From Blastocystis sp. Blastoise (lineage: Eukaryota; Protista; Bigyra: Opalinata), in contig JBBPEB010000002.1 in assembly GCA_039096225.1 (NCBI GenBank), positions 248,001-312,000 of the forward strand: a stretch of 64,000 nucleotides of DNA. The letters are read 5' to 3'. The position numbers and the translations under genes are program-made. The notes below the pieces were generated by a model. That model was not told the DNA's origin. It searched no databases and was given only the letters and a program-made list of their open reading frames with translations. The stretch's first letter is position 1; the number at the start of each line of letters is the position of its first letter. Positions 18,000-30,699 of this stretch are shown one piece after another.

Positions 18000-18068
18000 A
18001 CCTTAAGACAGGAATTGAACCTGTTTTCTATCATAAACTGATAGATACTTACCAATATAAGCTTAAGG
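18000..18068 (-). ncRNA. Non-canonical tRNA-like cloverleaf (nominal anticodon TTT)
   Basis: CCTTAAG CT TAT ATTGGTAA GTA T CTATC AGTTTAT GATAG AAA ACAGG TTCAATT CCTGT CTTAAGG T: 7-bp acceptor, 3-bp D, 5-bp anticodon and 5-bp T stems all pair; GG in D loop and TTCAA T loop; lacks U8 and U33; 3-nt variable loop. Confidence 0.75.
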
Positions 18069-19810
18069 ATAATATAGAATAAAAATACATAAATGAAAGT
18101 AAAATAGTAGGAATAATGAGTCAGTATGATGTGTAAGGATATATTTATATATGTATAAGTGAAAAAGGATGCTAGAAGAAGGGAAAAGAAGTAAAAAAGA
18201 ATAAAAGAGAAAGAAATATAAAGTAAATGAGATAGGGTCTTTAATTATTGAGATTAATAAAAAAAATGAAAAATAATTTATAATAAATGACAAAGATAGA
18301 TATATAGAGATCTATAATAATAAGGAATGCAGAAGAGAAGAGGATTAGAGGATAAAGAATAAGAAGAAGATAAGGAAGATAAGGAAGAAGATAAGGAAGA
18401 TAAGGAAGAATAAGAAGAAGATAAGGAAGAAGATAAGGAAGATAAGGAAGAATAAGAAGAAGATAAGGAAGAATAAGAAGAAGAAAAGAAGAATAGGAAG
18501 AAGATAAGGAAGATAAGGAAGAAGAAGAAAAGAAGAATAGGAAGAAGATAAGGAAGAAGAAGAAGAATAGGAAGAAGAATAAGAAGATAAGGAAGAATAA
18601 GAAGAATAAGAAGATAAGGAAGATAAGGAAGAAGAAGAAGAAGATAAGGAAGAAGAAGAAAAGAAGAATAGGAAGAAGAAAAAGAAAAGAAGAATAGGAA
18701 GAAGATAAGGAAGAAGAAGAAGAATAGGAAGAAGAATAAGAAGATAAGGAAGATAAGGAAGAATAAGAAGAAGATAAGGAAGAAGAAGAAAAGAAGAATA
18801 GGAAGAAGATAAGGAAGAAGAAGAAGAATAGGAAGAAGAATAAGAAGATAAGGAAGATAAGGAAGAATAAGAAGAAGGAAATGAATAATGACAACAAGAA
18901 GATGAAGAATAAATAGAATAATGATAAGAAAGAATAAATAGATTAATAAGAGAACAAGAGGATGAATGTGAAGAAGAGACAAGGAAGGAGGTGAAAAAAA
19001 GAAAGAAAAGTAAGATAAAGAATAGGAAGAAGATATACAAGAAAATGAAGAAGAAGAGAAAGAAAAGAAAAGAAGAATAAACAAGAAACATATATAGAGA
19101 AACAGAAAGATATAAAGAAATAAAAGAGATAGATAGATAGATAGATAGATAGAGAGAAAAAAAATACAAAGATATAAATAGATAGATACACTAATAGATG
19201 AATAGAAAGAAAGAAGAAAAGAGAGACATAAAGAAGAAATTAGATAGAAAGAGATAGAATTCTATATAGAATGAGAGATATACAAAAGAAATCAAATGAA
19301 ATAGAGAATAAGATAAAAATAGATACAAGAATAAAGATAAAAAGAGAAATAGAGGAGTAGGGAAGGTGTATAAAAAAGAAAGAATATAAAGATAGGTAGA
19401 GAGGAATTGAGAAGGATAGAGAAGGAGGAGGAAAACAGATAGAATTGGAAGACGAAGAAAAGAAGATGAGACGAAGAAGGGAGAAAAAAGGAGCAGGAAG
19501 TGAATATCAAGAAAGATAAATTTATATAGAAAAAAATTAGAAAGAAAAATACATACAAAGAAAACGATAGGGAATGATAGAGAGAATTATAATTTGAATG
19601 ACATAGAGAGAAGGAGAGACAAAGCAAGATAAAGAAGTATAATAGAAAAAACAAAGAAGAAAAAAAGAAGAATAAAAAAAGAAAAGATAGAACAATAGTA
19701 TATGAGAGAAGAAAGAGACAGAAAGAAAACGGGAAATAGGGTAGAGACATAGAAGGTAATAAAATATATAGAAGGGGAGAGGGGATTGAGATAAATAAAT
19801 AGATAGATAT

Positions 19811-19879
<69 letters not shown>

Positions 19880-22530
19880 GATAGAAGAATACCGAAAGAT
19901 ATAGAGAAGGAGATAAATATTAATAAAAAGGAAAATATGGATAGAGAGGAGATAGAATCAAACAGAGAAGGAGAAGTAGATAAAAGTCGATTGAGGGAAG
20001 AGAGAAGTAGATTAAAATAAAAACAAATAGCAAGAGTTAAAAGGAAGAAGGGAAGAATATAGAATGATTTGAAGAATGAGATGTATATAGAAGTGAATAG
20101 AAGGAAATAGAGAAGGAGAAGTAGATAGAAAAGATTAAAAATAGAAGGAGATAGAAAGATAAGAGAATGATATAGATACAATAGAATGAGATAGAGAAGA
20201 TAAAGTAGATAGAAATGGATAGAAATAAGAAAAATAAATAGGATAAGAGAGAAAGAGAGATAAAAGGATATAAAAGGATATAGAAGGAGAGAAAACGGAT
20301 TGAGATGTAGTAAGATGGAAGGATGTAGATGGAAATAGAGAAGTAGATAGAAGATGATGGAGAATAAAGAGGAGATAGAAGAGGAGATAGAAGGAGAAAA
20401 AGAAGAAGAGGAAGTAAATTAAGTTAGAAGGAGATATAATAAGATAGAGAAGTAGATATACGTAGATATAAGGAAATATACGAAGATATAAGTAGATAAG
20501 AGAAAATAGAAGGAAATAGAGAATGAGATTGAGACACATAAATGAGGTAGAATGAGATAGATAAGGATAGAGAAATATGAAGAGAAATATAGGAATACAG
20601 AGAGATAGAATGATGTTGAAAGAGAAAGAAAAGGAAAGACTGAAGATTGAGACAGAAGGAGTAGCTGAGATAAAAGGAAGATAGAGAAGGAAATTGAAAG
20701 ATGAAGGAAGAAGGAGAGAAGATGAAAGAAGAAGAATATAGAAGAAGATAGAGAATGAGATAATAGGGATAGAAAGAGAAAAATAGGAAAAAAGATGGTT
20801 AGAAGAAAATAGAAAAGGAGAAAGAAGGAGAGATAGAAGGAGAAATAGAAGGATATAAAAGAGATTAAGAAAGAAGTTAGAGACAAGAAGATATAGATAT
20901 ATAGAAAGAAATAAAAGGATTAAATAGAAGATTAATAGGAAATAAATAGGAGACATATAGAAGATTAAGATAGAAGAAAAGAGACAAAATAGAAGTAGAT
21001 ATAACAATATAGAGAATGAAAGGATAGAAATAAAAATAGAAAATAGATAACTAGAACATAAGAATATATAATAATAGAGAGAAGGAGAGAGAGAAGAAAA
21101 AGTAGATATAAAGTGGAAAAGGAGACATAGAAGGAAATATAAAAGGAAACAAGAAGGTAGAAAGAGACATATAAGATAAAATAGACAGGGACAGAGAGAA
21201 ATAAATGGAAAAAGAATAAGGATAAAGATGGATACGAGAATAGAGAGGGAGAGAAGGAAGATTGAGATAGAATTATACAGAAAGAGGAGAGAAGGAAGAT
21301 AAAGAAGGAAAATAGGGCAGTAAAAAAAAGGGAATCAGAAGGAGGAGAGAAGAAGTATGAGAAGAATAGAAAGAAGGAAGAGGAGGAAGGCAAATAATAG
21401 AAGAGAACTATATATATAATAAATAGTGATATAAATATAAATAAGAAGATGAAGATCTGAAAAAAGCAAAGAATTATATGGAGAAGAAGAAGAAGAAGAG
21501 GAAGAGGAAGAAAAGGAGGGTATACACTAATACATGTCGAGGAAAAAGAAGTATAGAATAAGGAGAAGAGGATAACAGGATAAAAGAAAAAGACATAACG
21601 AAATACAATGTAAATAGAATAGTGATTAAGAAAGAGTAATGAAAGAGTGATATAAAAGGGAAGCGAAGATAAGAGAGAGGTATAATTAAAAAAAAGAAAA
21701 ATAAAGGAATTTAGATAGAAGAAAAAATAAAAGAAAAATGAAGATCTGAGGAAGATAATGAATCAAAGGGAGAGACAAGGATATAGGCTGGAGACAAGGC
21801 ATAGGAAGAAGTAATAAAGAAAGAAGATGAAGAAATAAGGAGATAAAAGTGTAGAAGGAAGAAAATGAAGAAGAGAGAAGAAGGAATCATTTTGTGTAAG
21901 AAGAAGAAATAAAGAAGAACTAGATAATAAATAAATAAATAAATAAATAAATAAACATACCTAATAGAAAAAAAATGAATTTGGTGATGTTGAGTCATAG
22001 GGAAAGATAACCAACAGAAACAGTAGAAAACAACCTAAATAAATAAATAATAATAAATAAAAATATAAAAATAATGAAAATAAATAATAAAATGAATTAG
22101 ATTCTAATTTAAGAAAAAACAAAAAGAAAGCTAATAATAGATAGAATGAATATACGATAAGTACTCTATTATATAATACTTAAAAATATAACAAAGAAAA
22201 AAATTAGAGATAATTATAAAAATAAATAAATACATATATACTTTGAAAGTAGTTTGACATCATAGACGTTGTTGACATGGACTGAAGAGGACTCTTATAA
22301 CCATGGACGAGCAGGAACCTATACATGCTAGAGAATGGGAGAATGTTAATATTGATAAAGAATAAAAAATAGTAATATACATACAAGAGAATAATCTGAA
22401 GTTAAAATCAACTTCTATTTTTTAAAATAACAGCTAATAAAAATAAAATAAAAATAAAGAAAATAAGTAACAAATGAAAATATTTTCTAAGTTAATAGGC
22501 TCAATAGCGTATGGGTGTATTCAGGTCTTA
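18069..22530 (-). ncRNA. Putative spliced pyrimidine-rich long non-coding transcript
   Basis: Minus-strand GT-AG bounded exons 22433-22385, 22318-22242, 22034-21961; acceptors at 21920 and 21408; no continuous ORF through the 5' exons; leads into a ~3.7 kb T/C-rich, G-poor tract. No expression data. Confidence 0.4.
18240..21920 (+). repeat. ~3.7 kb polypurine (+) / polypyrimidine (-) low-complexity tract, including a GAA/GAT/AAG/TAA/TAG triplet minisatellite (~18350-18880) and (GATA)n (~19127-19152, ~19800-19878)
   Basis: Plus strand almost lacks C; repeats visible directly. Confidence 0.95.
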
Positions 22531-23039
22531 AAAGAAAAATCATTTTTGCGGGAATATCAAGAAACTCAAAAAAAGTATTTTTTCCCTCCTTTTTTCACTG
22601 TCACTTTTCTTTAATATTTTTGACTTTTTAGTATTAAAAACGATTCTTACAGGCATGTATAGAGACTCTATACCACTTTTGAGACTAAAAATCAAATATT
22701 TAAAAATGAGTGAAAAATCTTGACTAGCAAGAAAAACAATTATGTGAAGCTGAGTATGTTGTGTATACACATATCTAACAACAGAGATGATAAAAACACA
22801 CAACTCCTCTTGGTTTAGGACATAATTATGAATTCTCTCAAAAAAGCTATTTTAAACCTTAAAACGATACCCTGAACTATAAATCAAGTCCTGAATGATA
22901 TTCTAAAGTCATATTTTTAAAAACAGGTTTAATGACGATAATCAATAAACAAAAACAAGAGCTTCCGTTTTACTTTTCTTTTTTGAATTTTTAATTGTTT
23001 TGACTTTCTAGGGTAGTTGGCTGAAAGAAATGTTGTCGT

Positions 23040-23513
23040 CTTTAGGCTAAAAAATGATGAATAAAAAAGTCAAGTCATTTTATTGTTTTTTCCTTGGGAA
23101 ATAAAAAAGAAGAAATTTTTAGGTGTGTTTTGGTTTAGGCTGTATAATGGTTTTTATTGTAAAAGGACTTGACGAGAATGATTGAAATGATAATACATCA
23201 CTCAGAGAACACACAACTTTAAAAAATTTGTCACTCATGTAATCCATTCCTGAATTATAGACTTCAGAGAAAAAATTAAAGTCTTTTTGGTTTTAAACAG
23301 TCATTTTAAATCATAAAACACTGTAAAATAGTCAATATTTAGAATGTCTATGATTATATAAATAAACAATATATTTTGTAGAGTTATTTTTAAGTTTTTC
23401 TCGTCAAAAAGAGAGAAACTTGACAAGTTGGCGGACACTCTTTTCTCGAGTTTAGGCCAACGTATTTTTGATTAAAAAATCCCAGTCATTTTGTTGTTTC
23501 TCTTACGGGAAAT
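23040..23513 (+). repeat. Two diverged ~63-bp direct repeats near the right TIR (TTTAGGC...AGTCATTTT..TTGTTT...GGGAAATA)
   Basis: Copies at about 23040-23103 and 23450-23513; shorter TTGGTTTAGG copies near 22810 and 23130. Confidence 0.7.
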
Positions 23514-23941
23514 AGGGTCAAAAAAACACAAAATGTCCATAGTGAATGTTTTTTTATATAACGAAACGGTTCAAATAGGATTCTTATTCAATCAGTATTT
23601 CTTAAAATATGTGGATAAATTAATATAAATTATACTATATAAGTAATTATGATGAAAATCGATATAAATAGATTGTTTTTATCTCATTATTATAATTTAA
23701 CCATATTATTAAGAAAAAGACAAAAAATAGAAAAAGATAAAAATAATTATAATCTCTATATGCCTGCATTAGTTTATATTTCATATAAAACAATATCAAT
23801 AAATATTTTATTATAAGTAATGTTATAATGGTTAATATAATGAAAACAAAACAAAATAATAATCAAAACAACCAAGATTCAATATATATATATATATATA
23901 TATATGAATAGAACAAAAGAAATAGTTAATATTTATTTATA

Positions 23942-24927
23942 CTAATGATGTCTATGAGACTCATGTGTATTATGATTATGATTATGATGTTCACTTTGAT
24001 GTTCATATCTGTTACTATTATTACTCTTATTATTAGTATTATGATGATGATGATGATGATCTTGACTTCGACTTCGAGTTCTTCGATTATGTGAATAATC
24101 ATTATATTTATCTTCTTTCTCTATATTTTTAGATTTTGAATGTGAATGGCCTTTTGAAACAGATTGTTCTCTTTGAGAATGATGTGATTTCCTAAGAGAA
24201 GAAGAAGAAGAAGGAGAAGGAGAAGGAGATTGTTCTTTAGTTTTAGTATTTAATGAATTATCTGAATGTACAGAAGTATTGGATTGTTCTTCAAGTCTCT
24301 TAAGACTATATATATATTATTATTAATTAATTATAATCATATTAAATATATAGTGATTAAAAATAGAGAACTAATAAATTAATTAATTAATATTTTATAC
24401 AATTCTCTATTATTTCCATAAGAAATATATTCTTGAAAAAAATTTTTGATTTTTGCTTGATTATTTAATAAAATAACATTTGATTTATGTACTGTTATCA
24501 TTTTATTTAAATCATTTATATTTATCTATAAAGTATAATCAATATTATTATCATAAAATAAGATAAATTATACATATATATACAGTAATATCCCCATTAA
24601 TTCTCATCATTTTTATACTAATAATACTACCCATAAAACCTGTATGCATATATAATATATATATAATATATATATAATATATATATACCTGTATACTGTC
24701 CATGAGTAATACCTATATCTGCTCCATCTCTTAAAATATTACTATTTTTAAGTTCTTTCTCATCTATTACTTGTGCTCCTAAACCAGAACGAAATGGAAT
24801 AGGTTTTAATTGAACAGGTTCAATTTTCTGTGGTTTTCGTCCAATAAATCCGTCATCTTTATATCCCATCCCGCGTAATAAGGCCGCGCCAAAATCTTCA
24901 ACTGGCATATCAGTATAAGAACGACTC

Positions 24928-24982
<55 letters not shown>

Positions 24983-25787
24983 TTGGATCAGGGGCATCTG
25001 GTTTCGATTCTATTTCTTCTAATACTTGTTCTTTAGTATTCTATATATATAAATATATATATATATCAACAACTATATAAATACAAATAATAATTATATA
25101 CATATAATTATACATAATGACTATATATATAACATAAATAACTTACACTTTTCTCTTGATTCTCTTTAATTGTTTGAAATATTTGAGAAACTTCTTCTTT
25201 TCCTTCTCCTATCAAAGCGTTTTCCACGGGAATAACCAATTTGCTATCATGATCTTCTTTTTGAACAGCATCTATATACACATATATTTATTACTACTAC
25301 TTTATAGTATTTCTTCGATATTTTTTTAATTTTATATATTTCAGTATATATATTTATATTAAAATTCATTATAATAACTAATATACCTGGATTCACACTT
25401 TTTAAAATAGCTTGACGCGCTAATTCTTCTACTGACTAAACATAATTATACAAATTAATATAATTAGCACATGAAAATTACCAATTCTTTTGATTGAGTT
25501 TGTTTTGATTCAGGTTGTGATTCTTTTTGTGATTCTATTTCGGTAACTGATTGTGATTGTTCTTGTTTCTTTTCCTTTGCTTGCTTTATTTGATCAGATA
25601 CAGACCATGTGTCTCCCTTAAACGAAATAACAAGTTTAACTTGTGGAATTTCAATGGGTTTATTAATATCTTCAATAGATGATATAAATTGTTTCTTTTC
25701 TGTAGCCACTGTTTGCTTCACCCCAAAGATGGACAAACCTTGCTTTGGTTTCACAACTGCCTTAGAGGAATTTAAAGAGAAATTCAT
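23942..25787 (-). CDS. G-patch + KOW splicing factor (Spp2/MOS2/GPKOW-like) with Ser/His/Arg-rich tail
   Basis: 8 exons in frame; G-patch_2 signature YTDMPVEDFGAALLRGMGY...RSGLGA; KOW-like IGITHGQYTGFMGSI; TAG at 23942-23944. Confidence 0.85.
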
Positions 25788-25865
25788 TATTCTACAAAAA
25801 GAAACAAAACGAAAATCAAACAATTACACGAAAAGAGATTTTTGAAATTTTTTTTCATAACGTAG

Positions 25866-27161
25866 TAGAGATTTACAAAAAACCGTATATGAATATATCA
25901 CCGGTTTTTTTTTGAGAAAACCGTATATACGGTTTTTTATTGTACTTATATGTCTTTTAATGTTGATATTTTTTTGTTTATTAATTATGTATATTCATAA
26001 GAATTATAGTTGTAATAGAAAGAAACTTAGAAAAAAAAGAAACAGTTCCATTTGTTGACATTGTTCACAAAGTATCTTCGAATTTATTGTTTACTATATT
26101 ATGATAATGTTAATTATGTTATGTATATATGTAAAAACTAATATTGTTGAAATACTCATGATATAAGTACTATTTTATAAGCAATTAATTATTTAATTTG
26201 ATATTTTTTATACTATAATATTTCTCCTTTACTATAAATGCTATTTAATACACAATAAACTAATATAATCAACATTTGATGAGCTTTAAAAAACTACATA
26301 TTCTGTGAAATGTTTTTAATATCTTTCAGATTAATGTGCTCTATCATGTCAACATCTTCATAAATAATTACATATCATAAATTATAACTGATATTACATT
26401 TTCACTAATTGTACATTGATTCTATTTTTATTTGACTCATTAATAGTAGTAATGATTCATTTATACTTTATATCTCTCTATATAAATATTTCATGCTTTT
26501 AATATAGCTATAACTAGTATTTAAGAGAATAAAAAACATCATTCATTTTATGATAGATAAATTTCAATGAAATTATAATAATATTATAAAATACATTGAG
26601 AAGTGATGATATATATCATATTATGTAATTATTTATAATATAGAGTCAAATATAGCCGATAATGTAAAAAAATGTTATAGTCACGGATTCATTGTATTTC
26701 CAAAAGAAGTTACTTCATTTTATATTGATAAACGCAGATTAGAGTATTGAATAAGAACAATTAACTGATTCAATCAAAATGGACAAAAAGTGATTACTAT
26801 CAATAGAGTTTAATCTACCCATAACTTGCTTGAGATTATCAGAAACAGTTATTATATGTTTGTAATATGACTAGATTAAGCTTAAATCTCTTTATTGTCT
26901 ATATAATCTAATTAATAATAAAATATTTCTAAAAGAATATCAAGAAATAACTTAAATATATGAATAAGCCTGATATAACACTTATAAAACAAAAAACAAT
27001 TTTAAAAAATTAATATTTGACTTTATATAAGTAAAATAAAATTCATATACGGTTTTAAAACCGAATATGGAATTTTGACTGAGAAATGAAAAAACCGTAT
27101 ATACGGTTTTCTCAAAAAAAAAGCGGTGATATATTCATATACGGTTTTTTGTAAATCTCTA
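25866..27161. mobile_element. Non-autonomous hAT-like DNA transposon, 1296 bp
   Basis: 73-bp TIRs (25866-25938, 27089-27161) with one mismatch, starting TAGAGATTTAC; 8-bp TSD TAACGTAG (25858-25865, 27162-27169); no internal ORF of 60 aa or more. Confidence 0.92.
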
Positions 27162-28213
27162 TAACGTAGTAGAAAAATGAAAATAGTCGTGAAATTATTT
27201 ACTATTTATATTTTCCTATATATCTCTCCATAAATGAATTATAAATATGTAAAATGTGTTATATTGTGATGAACATAATATAAATATGTTCATAAGAAAA
27301 AATTAATGATTGTAATATGTATTGTACTGATTTACTCGTTATTCTTAATATGCATTGCATTTATATAATTATTTTTGTGCTAAATGAGTTTAGTAATAAT
27401 AGAAACATATTATAGCCTAATGTAAGCTTCTTTAATTTAACAGTTATTGGACAAGTCTGAATTCAGTCTCAATATTATTCGATAATTATAATACTCTAAT
27501 GTTGTAAATGCTAATATATTACTTTTTATATAAAAAAATAAGTGATTAATATGTTTTCGATCATTTTGTGTAAGTAATGAATCACTTTAAAAGCCATGTT
27601 ATATGTCTCAATAAATATATATATGCTTTATTAAATATAGAAAAAGTGATTTAGTAACAAAAGTCATTACTTTGTTGAAATATGTCAATTTTTTTAAATA
27701 ATTCCTTTGTTACTAATATTTCTTTTTGTGATATTCACATTATTTTCTAAGAAAACTATCAACGTGTTTCTGCAAAGAAATACCCCAATTTAATTTCTAA
27801 AAAAATAATTATATTCATTAAAAGACTTGTTTTTTGCATAATTACGAGTGTATAAGTATTTTTTAGATCTTTACAATAAATATATAGAAAAATTACTGAT
27901 AAGAAAGCAATAATTAGTCCATTCATAGGAAAACAAGATATTTATGTTATAAAAATCATTTTCATTAGTACTTGTGTGTCTCTAATACTTGTATATGAAC
28001 TTAAATTAATCATATATGTAATAATAACGTTAAAATAAAATAAAAATAATTTCCATATACTTTTACGGTTTTTCCCCAAAAAACACTCATAAACTACATT
28101 TTTCATCAAGAAAAACTCTTTATGGAAGTTACTCGTCATTTATCTGATGCATTCTTTTCTGTTTTATTTCATTGATATATATTTTTTTAATTAAAAAGAA
28201 TATTATATTGAAG

Positions 28214-29993
28214 ATGGTATCTGATTTGGGTGATATAAGAAAAAATATTGTTCATTTTGAACAACTGATTGGTGATTTACTTGGAATCTTAAGTACTTCA
28301 ATAAGTTTTTGTGTCCATTCGAGTGATTCTATAAGTGATCTTTTAATGTATTATGTTAATAATAATGCGGATAGCAAGAATAAATCCAAAAATGTGATTC
28401 AAGAGCCATCTTTTCTTCAAAAACCACATGAAGAAATAAGCAATGATAATAATGATGTTGATTATATTCGATTTACAAGTAAAGGCCCAATTTATTGTCT
28501 TCCTAAGAGAATTATAAACAATTTAGTTGGAAGTTTTATTTTAGAACAGTGTGAAGAAGATCAAAGAACTACTGATGGTACTGTATATTTAGATTATCCA
28601 TATGATGAGACTATGGCTCCTTTATTAATTGATTCCTTGATGAATAAGAGTATTGATTTAAGTAAATATGAATATAAAGATAAATATGAGTTATTACGAT
28701 TATTTGAATATTGTGGGCTTCCTCTTCCTGAAGAATTAGTATATACTTTTAATCGAAGTGAAACGAAGTGTGTAAAATGTAAAGAAGGTGATAAAATATA
28801 CTTATATATTAATGGAATAGAAGATGAAAGTATATGTAGATATTTAATGAATAATAATTTATGGGATAATTATGTGATGAATTATAATAATGGATTTGTT
28901 AATTATTATCATATGACTGAAAATTTATATATAGATAAGAAATATAAATATATTAACTATATATATCAATATATTTTTAATAAATATATATTTATTTCTT
29001 CTAATGATATTATATCAATAAATCAAGAATTGTTCGAGAATGAAATGTATGATGTATTTGGAGATAATGGAAGAAATATTGCAAAAGAAGGATTGACACG
29101 AGTTGAATGCTTTTTAGAAACAACAATTATTAGTAACAGATGGATGGAGAAATATATTATAGATTGGATAGGTACAGAAAAGAAATGGAAATTATTATTT
29201 AGGTATTTCTATATAATTCATTTAATATATTTATTTATTATATTATTATATATAGAGCAAGTGAACATGAATATTCTACAAGTGAATTCCATAAATATTG
29301 TGATAATATAGGAGAAAAGATTCTTATCGTGAAGAATATAGATCAAAATAATAATGTTAATATATTTGGAGGATATGCATATGAGAATAGGTCTAATCAA
29401 CAACAAAATAATTGTATATACTTTTATTTTGTTTAATATAATATATAATTTCTTATTATATAGATATTGGTTTTCATAATAATACTAACTTTTTGTTTAC
29501 ATTCAATAATGAAATTGCAAATTATGCTTGTAAATATCCTTGTACAAATAGTAGGTTACGTAATACTTCATTAAATCAATTTGGAACTTTTCATAATAGT
29601 AATATAACTACATTCAATTCATTTGGATCTTTGCCTAATAGTAATACAGTCACTTCAAGTCCATTTGAATTTGCTTTTAAAGATTATATTTATATTTCAG
29701 ATCAATGTCATAATAATAAAGATTCTTATTGTAGTAAGACATTATGTAGATATATTAATAATGAGAATAACTTTGTACTTAAACCAGCAACTAGATATAG
29801 AAAACCAGCTATAGATATAAAAGATAATCTTGGTATATATGGACTTTCACAAATAAATAAAGGATTAGGAAATAATGTAAATTCTGGATTTGGAAATAAT
29901 AAAGCTATTGGATTTGGAGTAATACAACCACAACTTTCTGATTCAATTGTTAATTTCACAGTTGAAGATTATGAAGTATGGGGTATTGCCTAA
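28214..29993 (+). CDS. TLDc-domain protein with N-terminal BTB/T1-like repeats
   Basis: 3 exons; WKLLFRASEH...FHKYCDN...NIFGGY...FLFTF...FTVEDYEVWG; N-terminal DGTVYLDY; clear paralogue of 30700-32273. Confidence 0.85.
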
Positions 29994-30699
29994 AATATAT
30001 CATTATTATAAATCTATTTTTTTTTTTACAAATTTTTTTTATTACTATATATATATTGTTTTACTTTTCTTATTAATCTCAACTTGTTTAAATATAATAT
30101 CCTTTTAAGAAATTTTGTATTTTTTTAAAGTATAATTTTGTCAATAATATATAATTTGTATTAAATAGTCTATAAATGTATAAAAAATATGAGTTTCAAT
30201 TGTTGATGTCATTTATATGTTTTTCTTATATATTGGAAGTTTTTTACGGGTTATCAAAACACGAAAAGTATGTTTTTTCGATTAAGAATACATGTAATAG
30301 TTTATTAATTGTTTTAGGTTTTTAATAAAACTATATCATTTTAAATAGATAATACTATATATTCTTTGTTATTATTTGAATTTTTTTAGAAATATATTTT
30401 CATTTTTCCATATTGATAGCATTTTTATGTTTTTATAATAATTTGATTATTTATAAATATTTTTATAATAAAAGAAGAATATTCTAAATAGATTGCTGTT
30501 ATTTGTTACTCTTGAAAAAAACGTGTTATAATTATCTTGATAATTATTTAATATTATAAACATATTTAAAAAACAACAATAAACCATATTTTAAATCTAT
30601 TAAAAAATATTACATAATATTTTTAAAATTTCTATAAATAAAAGAAAACAATATATATAAAGAGAGAGAACAAAAGAAATAATAATATATTATCCGATT

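Larger units (their letters stand above)
14972..23544. mobile_element. Non-autonomous DNA transposon with CACTA-type ends (CMC/EnSpm-like or Transib-like), 8573 bp
   Basis: Perfect 15-bp TIR CACTATGGACATTTT (14972-14986) / AAAATGTCCATAGTG (23530-23544); flanks ..AA / AA.. (2-bp TSD; 3-bp AAA/AAT has one mismatch); subterminal repeats at both ends; nearly fills the gap between CDK11 and the G-patch gene; no transposase ORF. Confidence 0.75.

Noticed and set aside
18000-18068. Functional tRNA-Lys(UUU)
   Set aside because: Lacks U8 and U33, has a 3-nt variable loop, a weak A box and no Pol III terminator.
18350-21400. Plus-strand E/D/K-rich frame with TAA/TAG read as Gln (ciliate-type code) or as C-to-T hypermutated coding sequence
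   Set aside because: Outside the triplet satellite no frame gives a recognisable protein and TGA also occurs. Host genes use TAA, TAG and TGA as stops, and the splice signals point to the minus strand.
18063-21998. Long S/L/F-rich minus-strand ORFs as confident membrane-protein genes
   Set aside because: Stops are rare on a G-poor, pyrimidine-rich strand and several frames are open at once. Kept only as an alternative hypothesis.
14967-23549. Firm Transib (RAG-like) assignment from the CACTATG heptamer
   Set aside because: The 5-bp flanks (GTAAA / AATGT) do not form the 5-bp TSD expected, so the superfamily is left open.
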